Assembly (NCBI GenBank): GCA_951406725.2
Contig: OX597826.1
Coordinates: forward strand, 67,952,001 to 68,016,000
Direction of reading: 5' to 3'
DNA length: 64,000 nucleotides
Origin: Octopus vulgaris
Taxonomy: Eukaryota
Positions 26,600 through 41,597 of the stretch are shown here, piece after piece. Made by a program: the position numbers and the translations under genes. Each line of letters starts with the position of its first letter. The stretch's first letter is position 1. Under the pieces are notes generated by a model. It did not search any database. It was not told where the DNA came from and was given only the letters and a program-made list of their open reading frames with translations.

Positions 26600-26777
26600 A
26601 TCATTGTGATGGTATCAACATTCTGCAGTTTACTTGTATCAGGTTCAGGGACGGCTCTCGAAACTGTGGATTATCAGGTGTGAAATCTTGTTTTAGACGT
26701 ATTGGACCAAACAATACCTGTGCGTATGCATTCACTGAAACAGTCATTCATATATCTATCTGCCCAGCAATAGTTAT
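26600..26777 (+). CDS. Candidate coding exon (D)HCDGINILQFTCIRFRDGSRNCGLSGVKSCFRRIGPNNTCAYAFTETVIHISICPAIV
   Basis: Acceptor TATTATTTTAACGCTCAG|; stop-free phase-1 frame with 6 Cys; motif CIRF..LSGVKSC..IGP echoes CAVRF..LGGLRLC..VLP of the upstream exon. 3' donor uncertain (AT|GTATGT at 26777 or GC|GTATGC at 26723). Confidence 0.5.
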
Positions 26778-27521
26778 GTATGTACTTATGTATGTATGTA
26801 TGTATGTATGTATGTATGTATGTATGTATGTATGTATGTATGTATGTATGTATGTATGTATGTATGTATGTATGTATGTATGTATGTATGTATGTATGTA
26901 TGTATGTATGTATTTATGTATGTATGTATGTATGTATGTATGTATGTATGTATTTATGTATGTATGTATGTATGTATTTATGTATGTATGTGTGTATTTA
27001 TGTATGTACGTATGTATGTATGTATGTATGTATGTATGTATGTATGTATGTATGTATTTATGTATGTATGTGTGTATTTATGTATGTACGTATGTATGTA
27101 TGTATGTATGTATGTATGTATGTATGTATGTATGTGTGTATTTATGTATGTACGTATGTATGTATGTATGTATGTATGTGTGTATTTATGTATGTATGTG
27201 TGTATTTATGTATGTACGTATGTATGTATGTATGTATGTATGTATGTATGTATGTATTTATGTATGTATGTATGTATGTATGTATGTATTTATGTATGTA
27301 TGTATGTATGTATGTATGTATGTATGTATGTATGTATGTATGTATGTATGTATGTATGTATGTATGTATGTATGTATGCATGTATGTATGCATGTATTTA
27401 TGTATGCATGTATGTATGTATGTATTTATGTGTGTATGTATGTATGAATGTATGTATATATGTATGTGTGTATCTATATATCTATCTATCTATCTATATA
27501 TATATATCTATCTATCGATCG

Positions 27522-27554
<33 letters not shown>

Positions 27555-27573
27555 CCTACCTACCTACCTATCA

Positions 27574-27626
<53 letters not shown>

Positions 27627-27730
27627 GTCTGTCTCTGTATATCAATCTGTGTGCGTATGTATGTATGTATGTATGTATGTATGTATATATGTATGTTTGT
27701 ATGTATGTATGTATGTTTGTATGTATGTAT
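26775..27730. repeat. Compound (TATG)n/(TATC)n microsatellite, about 950 bp
   Basis: Direct inspection; recurring TATTTATG and TACG variants. Confidence 0.97.
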
Positions 27731-28582
27731 GTGTGTTTATGTAGACACATTGCTAGGTACGTACTCATATTCATAGACACCTTAATATACGCTTCCATAT
27801 ATGTACACACATAAACTTTCCCTCTCTTTAGTTAACTGAATATCCTTCTAAACACCCCGTTTCCCCTTTCCACTTCCTTTTCCTTTTTCTTTCTTCCATT
27901 AAATCTCACCTGTACTTCCCACTTTTTACTTGCAAACGCACACATACACACACATACACGAATACACACTCCTAACCACATTTCTCGAATTTCAAGACAT
28001 TCGAACGTATTCGTACAAACACACACATACGCACACACATACATACACACAGCCTCACATATGCATATTTACGAACATGGCAGAATCGTCAAGAGTATAT
28101 ATATTTCGATATGTATGGGTTCATAAATCGTGATGAAGTTGTGAACACATCACCATCGAAGAAATCAGACGTGCTTTGGAGCTTAAGGTTCACTTGAAGC
28201 CATTATACATTCTTATAGTTATACAGTTATCGATATTTTCTGAAACAATATTATGTCATTCGTCGTGATGTCATGAAACTTTTCGCTGTTCGTTTTCGAC
28301 ATTCTGAACTTCATAGACATACCTGTGGCTATGTGGTAAGAGTATTGTTTCGCAACCACATGCTTGCGGGTTCAGATCCACAGCGTGATCCTTCGGCCAC
28401 GCGTCTTCTGCTGTATCCCCAGACTTATTCATGTGTTCGTATTCCAACAAGACAGACCGTAATATAAGTACATGTCTTAAATAAGAATAAAAACTTTGAT
28501 CAGGTTTTGCTCCAGCTCGGTCGCAGTCCAATGAGTGAAGCATGCAATAGATATTTGTACATATATATGTAAGTTTATATAT

Positions 28583-28752
28583 GGCCGCAGGAGTGGCTGT
28601 GTGGTAAGTAGCTTGATTACCAACCACATGGTTCCGGGTTCATTCCCGCTGCGTGGCGCCTCGGGCAAGTGTTTTCTACTATAGCCTCGGGCCGACCAAA
28701 GCCTTGTGAGTGGATTTGGTAGACGGAAACTGAAAGAAGCCCATCGTATATT

Positions 28753-28789
<37 letters not shown>

Positions 28790-28974
28790 GTATGTGTATG
28801 CGTTTGTGTGTCTGTGATTTTCCCCCAACATCGCTTGACAACCGATGCAGTTCGGCAGAAGTGACCGATAGAATAAGTACTAAGCTTCCAAAGAATAAGT
28901 CATGGGGTTGATTTGCTCGACTAAAGGCCGTGCTCCAGCATGGCCACAGTCAAATGACCGAAAGAAGTAAAAGA

Positions 28975-28985
<11 letters not shown>
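28583..28985 (+). mobile_element. SINE family A
   Basis: Head, internal (TA)n and tail, followed by (GA)n. Confidence 0.92.
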
Positions 28986-29012
<27 letters not shown>

Positions 29013-29313
29013 AATATCTAGGATAGGACAAAGGAGGAGTACAAATACAATAAAATTACTATGAACTTACCTATGATTACTAACACTTTATAGTATTTTA
29101 CTCCACCTTTGACCTATCTTAATTCCGTAAATAGCTATTATTTTCCTAACCTCTCTACATAGGAATATCCGATCAAATATCCCTTTTATTTTCAATTTTG
29201 GTCATTTATTTATCGTTCGATGGCTCTACAGGCAACATGACAAGACGTTCACCATATTCAACTTTTCCTTCTTCTTTTCTTGTCCCTTGTTTATATTTAT
29301 TTATTTTCCACAC

Positions 29314-29348
<35 letters not shown>

Positions 29349-29363
29349 CATACATATATATAT

Positions 29364-29782
29364 GGCGCAGGAGTGGCTGTGTGGTAAGTAGCTTCCTAAC
29401 CAACCACATGGTTCCGGGTTCAGTTCCACTGCGTGGCATCTTGGGCAAGTGTCTTCTGCTGTAGCCCCGGGCTGACCAATGCCTTGTGAGTGGATTTGGT
29501 AGATGGAAACTGAAAGAAGCCTGTCGTATATATGTATATATATATATAAGTGTGTGTGTATTTGTTTGTGTGTCTGTGTTTGTCCCCCTAGCATTGCTTG
29601 ACAACCGATGCTGGTGTGTTTACGTCTCCGTCACTTAGCAGTTCGGCAAAAGAGACCGATAGAATAAGTACTGGGCTTACAAAGAATAAGTCCCGGGGTT
29701 GATTTGCTCGACTAAAGGCGGTGCTCCAGCATGGCCGCAGTCAAATGACTGAAACAAGTAAAAGAGTAAAGAGTAAAAAGAG
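29364..29782 (+). mobile_element. SINE family A, full length, near consensus
   Basis: A-box-like TGGCTGTGTGG, B-box-like GGTTCAGTTCC, CORE-like CTTGGGCAAGTG, tail (AAAGAGT)n; inserted in TA-rich repeat. Confidence 0.95.
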
Positions 29783-30739
29783 TATATATATATATATATA
29801 TATATATGCATAGTTATATACATTTATACATACACAGGCACAGACACACACACACCTCATAAACATGTGTGTGTCAATGTAATCTTTATATCTTTACTTA
29901 TGACTGCAAGTTGATGTAGCACTACCGATTCCATTGCATCAGTTTTTTATAATGTTCACTATACTGCAGTTCTTCCTTCCTCGTTTCTTGAGACGCCTTT
30001 CATATTCGCTAGAATTTCCAAATTATGGTATTGAATCAATTTCTGAAATGAACCGTGGTAGTGTACCCCCTTTCCGTAGCCAGTATCACCGGTATTCGCT
30101 GTTTCATTATGACTTTTTTTCTACAACATTACATTTGGTTTCAAGTCACGCTGGAACTAAATTCTACACATTTATAACTTCAATGACCCAGGAATTGAAC
30201 TCACGAACACTAGTTAAACCACTACAATTAATCGACATTTAAATTCACTATCCCATTGTCTCGTAGGACAATAATGTATTGAAAGCTCACAATTTTATGG
30301 ATGTATTTTTAATGGTTTTCGTTAATTAAAGTCTTCTAGTATAGTGCTCGGCTCTGTGTGTGTATGTATGTATGTATGTATGTATGTATAAGTGTATGTA
30401 TGTATGCATGTATGTATGTATGTATGTATGTATAAGTGTATGTATGTATGTATGTATGTAAGCATGTATGTATGTATGAATGTTATTATGAATGTATGTA
30501 CGAATGTAAGTGTATGTATTAATGTATGTATGCTTGTATGTATGTATTTATGTATGTGTGTATGAATGGACGAACGTATGCATATGAGCATGAGTATGTT
30601 TGCGTGTATTATATTCTACATACATGCATCTACACATATAATACATACGCTATATTATATAAAACATACACACAGATATATACACATACATAAGCCAGCA
30701 CACAGATATATACATTCACACACAACACACACTTATGCA

Positions 30740-30799
<60 letters not shown>

Positions 30800-30837
30800 T
30801 GTATGTATCTATGTATGTATATATGTATGTATATATA

Positions 30838-30872
<35 letters not shown>

Positions 30873-31076
30873 AGTGTGCTTCATTTTTAATTGCGTATTC
30901 GTGCATCTATGCCTTTGTACACCTATGCGAGTGTGTGTTTGTGTAGAAACACTGATGCGGTTGCGTATGTGTGCTTAAACATTTTGTGGCGAATACACAA
31001 GAGCATCCTTCAATAGAGTATTAACACTCATATACTTTATTTGATATAAAATGCAATATATGTGATTTTTATCTAG

Positions 31077-31138
31077 GACATAAGCGACGTCAACAGAAAC
31101 GATAACCGGGAAACGCTTGCAATCCTAGACATTGAACG
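31077..31138 (+). other. Candidate 62-nt exon (DISDVNRNDNRETLAILDIER, phase 0 to 2)
   Basis: GATTTTTATCTAG| acceptor, ACG|GTAATA donor, one open frame, locally higher GC than flanks. Confidence 0.25.
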
Positions 31139-31578
31139 GTAATAAAATTTCGAGATAAATATTGATTTAAATATTGATTTAAATTAACTAATCCCAAAAT
31201 AGACTATATTACTTAATTAATTGATTGATTTCATATGAGAATATAGATTTAATATTCCTTTGAAATGATGTTTATTTTCATGTAAATTACTTACTAGGGA
31301 ATACATACTGTTCTATCATACTCTTTGCCACTTCCTCTCTTTTTCTCTCCCTGCCTTTCTCTCACGCTTTCTCCCCCACCCCACCCCTTTCTGTCTTTGA
31401 CTGTCTGTCTGTTTGTCTCTCTTTCTCTCTTACTTTACTCACATAAACATAAAGATGCAGACACATACACTCACTTATATTTGTGTGTATACATGTTTGT
31501 ATATAAAATAATATACAAATGTATATTCCTATTGATGTTTGTATCAATATGTGTGTGCGTGTGAGAGAGTGTGTGAGT

Positions 31579-31615
<37 letters not shown>

Positions 31616-31899
31616 TGTCCGTGTATTCACTTACAATCAGTATTTGAACAAATTAATGGAAACATCATTTTCATTTAACTATCTTTTCTGTTGCCTATGT
31701 GACATATTCAAAACTATTCTGGTTTGTATATTTGTACATGTATGTTCGTAAGCATTATGTATACCTTGTATTTCCTGATGTAGCCCTTCGCTTCATCTGT
31801 TCGTTCTTGCATATACATATATACATACATACCTACATACTATACATACCTACATACTATACATACATACATACATACATACATACATACATACATACA

Positions 31900-31935
<36 letters not shown>

Positions 31936-32764
31936 TCATAGGTACACTAATATATAGTTGGGAAAGTTAACATATGTGTGATCTGTCTAATTTCCAAAAA
32001 ACAACAAATTGTTGGGACTGACCTAGTGTTATGTAGGGTATCAGAAGTTAGCAATGGCCCAATACGATTTCCTCTTATGAATCATCATTCATCTGTTTTT
32101 CTCAGTTTAAGGCGATTTTGTATCTGGAGTCAGCACAAACATACCTTCAACCTGTAAAGCATGTCAGAATTGACTATGCAGATCACGGTATTCCGTTGGC
32201 ACTTTAAATAGTCTACACGGCAGAAATAACGGCCAAAATTTTAAGAGGTTTTCGTCTGATCATATCCCTCTTTTGGCATGCCATTGAGTGCACAATATTT
32301 TGATAATTCACACAATATTTCCACATTAGCAAAACCTGTTCTTTCACAACAGATACTCAAACAAAACAGAGAGGAATGTGTGTTGAGGATGAGTCTGTTC
32401 ATGTTTGTGAGAAATGTAATTAAAGTGTGAAATATAACAATTAATGAGCAAAATAATAAATATATGAAGATTGCATGGCCGAATTATTGAAAGGAAAAAT
32501 ATTGTAGCAAGTCACTAGAAATTAGCTGTTGAACTATCTGAAATATAGCGTTAATGAGTGTATCAGTTACGAAATCTTTTCCATGATCATTTGCTATCTA
32601 CAACAAACGCAGCTCCATCACGAAGACGGGACTGAAAAGGACATCAAATTCCACTTGATATAAAAATTTGAACTTAGATATCCCTGTTGACAACTATAGC
32701 ATTCACATAGGCATATACCTTAATTCTTCAAACAACTATTTTATGATCCGAGTTTAATTTCTAG

Positions 32765-32793
32765 TTTCACATGATACAAGCTTGAAGAACAAG
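32765..32793 (+). other. Candidate 29-nt microexon (SHDTSLKNK)
   Basis: TTTAATTTCTAG| acceptor and strong AAG|GTAAGG donor; only one frame open. Confidence 0.3.
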
Positions 32794-33465
32794 GTAAGGA
32801 AGAGTCAAATATATATGTAAAGTTCTTTTTGTTCTACTTTCACTTTCATACTTTCATTTGCTCACTGCATCATAGTTGTAAAATACTAGAATTTTCATCA
32901 GGAATTAATTGATGTACGCACATTCGAGCAAACCTAATGCAAAACAATAGAATAGACTCATGCCATCCATTCATACTTGTGAAAAGTTCATTAATTTTTA
33001 AGAAGAATCTCTAAATTATCAATATTTTATATAAGCTAGTAGAATGATAATGCTATATATATCACTAGCTTCATACATTCAATCATCTGGTTCACACCTA
33101 TATCTTAAAGCATTGTCAAATATTACTAAACTGTTCTGGCCTTAATTGATAAGTTCTTTCTCTCATCAATCAACTCCAAAAGAAGCATTTTAATTTAAAC
33201 AGCCATAACTTGCAGTTTCAGCTTTTCGCTAAACATGGATATACTTATAGCAAGTAAACCAATGAAATTAGGTGAGGTTAAGTGCACAGTATGAAACATA
33301 AATTACTGGCCACTAAATCATTCTTGCGATGCTGAAATGAACATGTTTAACGCAGTAAACATTTGTTAAATGTGTTTACTGCGTCAAACCTTAAGGTAGT
33401 GTGTAAGCAATTTGTCGGATTAAACGTAAATTAAAAATGATTTTCCGTTACATTTTTTCTTTCAG

Positions 33466-33485
33466 ACAATATCAAAAAAGAGAAG
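33466..33485 (+). other. Candidate 20-nt microexon
   Basis: CATTTTTTCTTTCAG| acceptor and AAG|GTACGA donor. Confidence 0.3.
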
Positions 33486-33579
33486 GTACGAAAATCCTTT
33501 GTTGCACTTGAATTTTGAAAGGACGGATCATTGATTTGAATATGATGTGGAAATTCATTGAGTGAAACAGAAATTATAA

Positions 33580-33905
33580 GTACGGGCACATAATCATGAG
33601 GTGGTGAATTTGATTCCCGGACCACGCAGTGTATTGTGTTCCTGAGCAAGGCTTTTTATTTCACGCTGCTCTAGTTCACTCAGGTATAGAAATGAGTTGC
33701 AATGCCACCTATGTCAAACTGTACCTGCCTTTGGCTTCCTCTTGGATAACATATGTAGCGTGGAGAGGAGAGGCTGGTCTGCATGGGCGACTTGCTGGTC
33801 TTATATAAGTAACCTTGCTCGAACTTTGCCTCGGAAGCGAAGTTTCTAGGTGCAATACCATGGTCATTCATGGCCGAAGAGGTTCTTTAACTTACCTTTA
33901 CCTAC
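33580..33905 (+). mobile_element. SINE-like element (family D), degenerate tRNA head, (TTACCT)-type tail
   Basis: GAATTTGATTCCCGG B-box-like, GTGTTCCTGAGCAAGGC CORE-like, ends ACTTACCTTTACCTA. Confidence 0.6.
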
Positions 33906-34279
33906 GTTTCTTACTTAAAAGATACATTCTCTGAATACAGAATCGGAGTTTCACATAATGCGTCCACTGTCATAAGTACATCCTGGGAGATTAGACAAAT
34001 ACTTTGTTAAATGAATCATTCGGATCGTCTAGTATCTTCAATCTCATGTTTTCTGACATAAGAGTACGGAGGAATGGCAGTCCCCACTCCCCTCACATAA
34101 TATTTAAACGTAATGAGCTATACACCTTTGAGTACCAAACGTTGTTTCGAATACAATTTGATAATTCGATGTATTTGTTGGCTGAAGAGATTTTAGTTAC
34201 AGTTAATTAGTATGCCTCTACAATTATCCTTATATTTGTACAAAATATACTATTTCTCTCCATGTAAGATAATTTTACC

Positions 34280-34350
<71 letters not shown>

Positions 34351-34384
34351 CATACACACACACATACATATATATATATATATT

Positions 34385-34570
34385 TAGGGAGAGTTTGCGA
34401 AATAAGAAATGACGAAGACAGGTGGTATACAAAACAAACAGATGTGTTAGTATAACGGTCAGGAATAGAAAAAGTCTTTTACGTTTCGAGCCAACGCTCT
34501 TCCACAGAAAGGAACACAGTAAGAAACAAAGAGAGAAAACAGGAGAGAAAAAATGTGTGTAGTGGCTAAT
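34385..34570 (-). mobile_element. Short Penelope-like element (family P), copy 2
   Basis: Minus strand CTTT-CTGTGGA-A-GAGC-gttg-GCTC-GAAAC-GTA-AAAG (34511 to 34476); embedded in microsatellite. Confidence 0.72.
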
Positions 34571-34572
34571 AC

Positions 34573-34900
<328 letters not shown>

Positions 34901-35458
34901 GGTGGATAACTATGCTAATAATATGTATATATATAATAACAATAACACAAACACAGACATGCATGCACACAAGACACACGCCACCCCTGCCGCTTGTAAC
35001 ACACACACACACACACACAAATTGCGTTCCTAACTAGAGCAACTCATCACTCAACACCGTTACGAAAACATTTATGTTTAATGAGGACATTCTATGAATA
35101 TCAACAGACTTGCAGGTTATTCAGACAGTTTCTAACGGGCATCTGATTAATTTGAACCGAGAGCGGAATGTAAAAAAAAAAACCCAGATAACACAAGGCC
35201 TTTCGCCTGATGTTCTAACATTTCTGCTTAAATACACAACCAGGTAATGAAGACTTATCGAACTCAGTGGACGAAAGTTCTTTTTAGTAGAATTCGAGAT
35301 GTTTCTCTCCAGAAATAGAAGCAACTTGCATTTAATGCAAAGTAAACAAGTTTATTTATTTTGCATTACGCAGCTAAAATCATAGCCATATAAAAGAAGG
35401 TATACGTTACAATCTACCACAAATGCCTACATACATACACACATACATACATAAAATG

Positions 35459-35506
<48 letters not shown>

Positions 35507-35528
35507 ATATATATATATATAAATAAAA

Positions 35529-35738
35529 GGCGTGGTGGGAGATTCGTTTGCACACCGGGCGAATTTCTTAGTGCTATTTCGTCTGTCTTTACGTTCTAAG
35601 TTCAAATTCTGCTGAGGTCGACTTTGCGTATTTTCACTCGATAAACACTCACAACGCCTGGTCTGAGGATCGAAACCGTGATCGTATGACTGCGAGTCCA
35701 CTGCACTAACCACTGGGCCATTGCGCCATTGCGCCTCC
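35529..35738. mobile_element. Fused SINE B head (+, 35529-35627) and SINE C head (-, 35628-35738)
   Basis: GTTCAAATTCTGCTGAGGTCGACTTTGC runs directly into the reverse complement of GGAGGCGCAATGG(CGCAATGG)CCCAGTGGTTAG. Confidence 0.8.
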
Positions 35739-35850
35739 ACACCGTATATGTATTTTAAATATGTAAGTGTGCGTGTGTGCTTTTATAAAGATATGAATAA
35801 TTTTATGAATATACATAGACAGCACACAGCAGAAACGTATATATATGTAA

Positions 35851-35945
<95 letters not shown>

Positions 35946-36150
35946 AGCATTTACGTATATACATATATATATATGCTTATGTGTGTGTGTGTGCGTGTGT
36001 GTGTATGAATAATTGTTCCTGCTCTTGTATTAAGCATGAACATTTGGCGGTACATATATTAATTTATTCAGCTATACACTTTCCTTTCATGTGTCTTACC
36101 TCTTTGCTCTCTCTCTCTCTCTTTATATATATATAATTTATTCAATTCAA

Positions 36151-36255
<105 letters not shown>

Positions 36256-36330
36256 TATAGATAGATACATAGATAGATACATAGATACATATAGTATAAT
36301 CATCTGTATGTGTTCCCACTCTCTCCTACG

Positions 36331-36385
<55 letters not shown>

Positions 36386-37000
36386 GGTAGTCCTCGAAAA
36401 ATTAATTTTCCTAACAGCTTGCTACAATTACATTTATTTTATTGCTTTGCATTCCTCTAAATCGATTATCTATCAATATAATTATTGACTTGCGATTTCA
36501 TATTTCGAGCATAATTGATTTCTTCTACTTCCGCAACAGACTCACTATCAACTCAGATGATGTGTTCATATCAATGCCGAAGGGTTAAAGTTCGAATTCT
36601 GTTTGTCTGAGCTCGTAAGCTGTGTTCTGTCGACACACTCGGGTGCCCTTCTACTCATTCTATTACCTCCTCCACCACCACCACCACCACCACAACCACT
36701 ACCACCGCCATCTCATCCTCCTCCTGTTTTATTAAATACTCTCTCCCCGCCTCCTCCCTCTTTCACCATCATGTTAGATAATCTTTTATTTCTACAAGGC
36801 ACGTGGTCGGAAATTTTGCGGGGAGAGAGCTCCGCGATTCCAGAGCTTAACTGGTATTTATTTCATGGTCCCCGATAGAATAAAATGCAAAGACAACTTC
36901 GACAGAATTTGAACTCAGAACGAAATGACGGACTAAATGGAGATAAGCACTTAGTCCTGCATGCTAACGATTCTGCCAATTCGCTGCATTTATAATGATG

Positions 37001-37038
<38 letters not shown>

Positions 37039-37109
37039 AATAATAATAATATTAATAATAATAATAATCATAATAATAATAATCATAATAATAATAATAA
37101 TAATAATGA

Positions 37110-37995
<886 letters not shown>

Positions 37996-38025
37996 ATAAT
38001 AATAAAAATAATAGTAATAATAATA

Positions 38026-38165
38026 AAGAGCATTGTCGATGTAAAAGAGCATCGTCGATGTAAAAGAGCATTGTCGATGTGAGAACTGTTGCTAAGAGCA
38101 TTGTCGATGTGAGAACTGTTGCTTACGTATTGAGAAGAGCATTGTCGATGTGAGAACTGTTGCTG
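38026..38165. repeat. Short tandem repeat AAGAGCATTGTCGATGT(GAGAACTGTTGCT), 5 copies
   Basis: Direct inspection. Confidence 0.9.
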
Positions 38166-38332
38166 CTCATGTATTTTAATTTAACTTAAAAATAAAAAAA
38201 AATGAACGAACTACTGAGTTTGGTTTAATGGCCTACCAATGTATACTATGAGTTTCTTTGCCCTAGGAGTCAGGAATACACTCGGCAAGAAATGGAAGCA
38301 AATTTGAAAGAAGAAAATAATAATAATAATAA

Positions 38333-38426
<94 letters not shown>

Positions 38427-38688
38427 TGGTAACATGCGTGTTTGGATAATTCGCCTTTGGAAACATGGCTGTTTCGTTCAACATCATTAAGCAAGGCTTA
38501 TTCAGGGACCTTTTGAGCATATGGGCTACTCGACATGAAGGAAATTTTAACTAGGCCACACTTGTAAGGACATGCGCTGTTTATCTTGATATGTGATCAC
38601 CCTATCACGCACATATGTTTTTGGTGCGTGTGCCTGGTGTACCCTTATTAATCATGATGGCTATACTGGGTTTCGTATATTAATAATG

Positions 38689-38782
<94 letters not shown>

Positions 38783-39639
38783 TATTAATATTGATAATGA
38801 TAATGACAATGATAATAATAATAATAATAATAATCCGTTCTGCTATAGGCGCAAGACCGGAAATTTGGGGTCAATGTAATAGTCAATTTCATTTAGTGCA
38901 GCACTTTTAACTGTTGCTTATCTTATGAACCCGAAAGGATGACTGACAAAACCAACGTCTGCGAAATTTGAACCCAGATTGTATAGACGGACCAAATACC
39001 GTCAAACCTTTTTGCCCGATGTGCTAAAGATTTTGCTAGCTCACCATCTTATCTTCTTCAATAATGTCTAAGTCACTTTTTCTTCATAAATTTGCTTCTC
39101 GCTTTTCAAAATAATTTCTCTTCCGTAAGTGTAGTTTTAGTTGATCAATCTTAGTTTAACCTTGAAAGAGCAAGACTGTGCTCAGTGATGCTCCAAACAT
39201 TCCCTTCCTGTTTTTGTGCAAATTGAAGCCTTCAATGTGACCTTCCATTCTTAAGAAGCCTCAGTTCAATTTGAGGTAATGTTGCTGCTATTGAAAGCAC
39301 GCAAATCAACCGTTTAGAGGCTCATTCATTTCTTTAGGCCTTCCCTATTTATACCATTTGGCGGCTGTTTGATCTGAATATAAATATTCAGTTTACCGTT
39401 TTGGAGAATCTACCAAGATGCAGCTATGACCAATACCAATGCTAATAGCGTCCACATTGTCACGATCTAATGCGTCAGTAACGAGTAAACATCTACTCTG
39501 TGGCTGGACTTGCTAGAAATAACAGCCGAAGCTCTCTAAAATCAAACATTAGCAGCTTAAATGCGTTATTTGTATGTGCTACGAAAAATAATGAGATAAC
39601 TACGCCACCACAACCACCACCACCGACCACCACAGCCGC

Positions 39640-40116
39640 CCCTGTGTTCCTACTTCTGCCACAAAGCGGAGGAACCATGGTGTAACGCATTATGGTGTGG
39701 TAAACTTTCAGACCCTAGTCTAGTTTGCGAATCCGCTGTACCCAAGGATGGTTCAGCTCTCCACCCGTTAAAAGCCACCGTTTACGGAATGACGATACGA
39801 ACATAGCTTTCGCGCCCGTGCAACCGCCAGTCTATATTCGTGTGGTGGGTGGATCTTCAAGATGTCACACGCATTCTTAGTAGCTTAGAGTAGGCTCGAA
39901 TTAGAGATTATTCTTTGTGGCTAATGGCGTGAGACCTGATTAGAAGAAGAAGAAGAAGAAGAAGAAGAAGAAGAAGAAGAAGAAGAAGAAGAAGAAGAAG
40001 AAGAAGAAGAAGAAGAAGAAGAAGAAGAAGAAGAAGAAGAAGAAGAAGAAGAAGAAGAAGAAGAAGAAGAAGAAGAAGAAGAAGAAGAAGAAGAAGAAGA
40101 AGAAGAAGAAGAAGAA
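39640..40116 (+). mobile_element. GC-richer retroposon-like segment ending in a perfect (GAA)n of about 58 units
   Basis: About 300 bp of non-coding, GC-elevated sequence immediately 5' of (GAA)n at 39943-40116. The retroposon call is inferred; the repeat is directly seen. Confidence 0.45.
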
Positions 40117-40794
40117 ACGCATTCCAACAACTGTAATGGTATTTTTTTAGGGTCAATTATTGAGTCGTGTGGTCTGCTAGTCTATACTTTTAGAACCATT
40201 ATATAACTGGTTCGAAGATAATCACCCTTCAACCTTCAGAAGAAGAAGAAGCACAACAACCACATTTCTCTCCCCCTCAGTAAAATTTTCAAAAATCAAA
40301 TACAATTATTTCGTTCGTAAAATACTTCATATTTCTAAACTTTGGCTGACTTAGATTGAAAAAGTTTAAAATTGAGATTGTCTTTATGAGTAACAATTTG
40401 TCCACAGAAACGTTTCTGGAAGTGATCAATAAGTTCGTGAAAATGAAGACTGTGTATTCTCAAATTTCAGACCACTGTTCTTCGTTTTAGATTTAATTAG
40501 ACTATAAACGACTATTAAAAACATCGAAAATAATGGATGAAATTTGTTGCCGATTTTTCATTTGTTTTAAAATGGAATTCGTAGATGAAATCTCAGGTTT
40601 CACTCCTCTGATTATACACACACACGCACAAACATACTCACACCTATACATGCACACAGCGGCATTGGTACTTTCTCAAGTAATGATGATGAACATGCTG
40701 ACGACAGCACTAGTTGCTTAACTAATTATTTAAGTTTTCTGAAAGACTTGTACATGATATAAAGTATATATACCAATTCCAATTACTCTAAACC

Positions 40795-41122
<328 letters not shown>

Positions 41123-41301
41123 ACGTATCCTCATATATGCGTCTGCGCGTGTGTGTGTTGTAAGAACTTTGCTTCCCAGCCACATGTTTCCGGGTTTAGT
41201 CCCATTGCGTGACACCTTGGGCAAGTGTCTTCTACTGTAGTTCCGGGCCGACCCAAGCCTTCTGAGTAGTTTTAGTCGAAGGAAACTGAAAGAAGCCCGT
41301 A

Positions 41302-41347
<46 letters not shown>

Positions 41348-41547
41348 ATATGTCTCTGTAATTGTACGCGCATACGTATATATACATTACGCACGCACAT
41401 ATATATTACACGTGTATAGACATATACATATATTATGTTTATATGTAACATAAAAATATATAGAAAAAGTGGGTGAGTGAAATGGGAGAGAAAGAAAGAA
41501 AGATAGCTAGGGAGAAAGAGAGAGAAGGAAAGAGAAAGAGTGAGTGA

Positions 41548-41597
<50 letters not shown>

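Noticed and set aside
26780-27814. Long MYVC-repeat ORFs (and all YIYI, HTYI, poly-N, poly-S ORFs in the track)
   Set aside because: Translations of stop-free microsatellites.
29364-29435. tRNA gene
   Set aside because: A/B-box-like head continues into a SINE body and occurs in many diverged copies; the same applies to the B and C heads.
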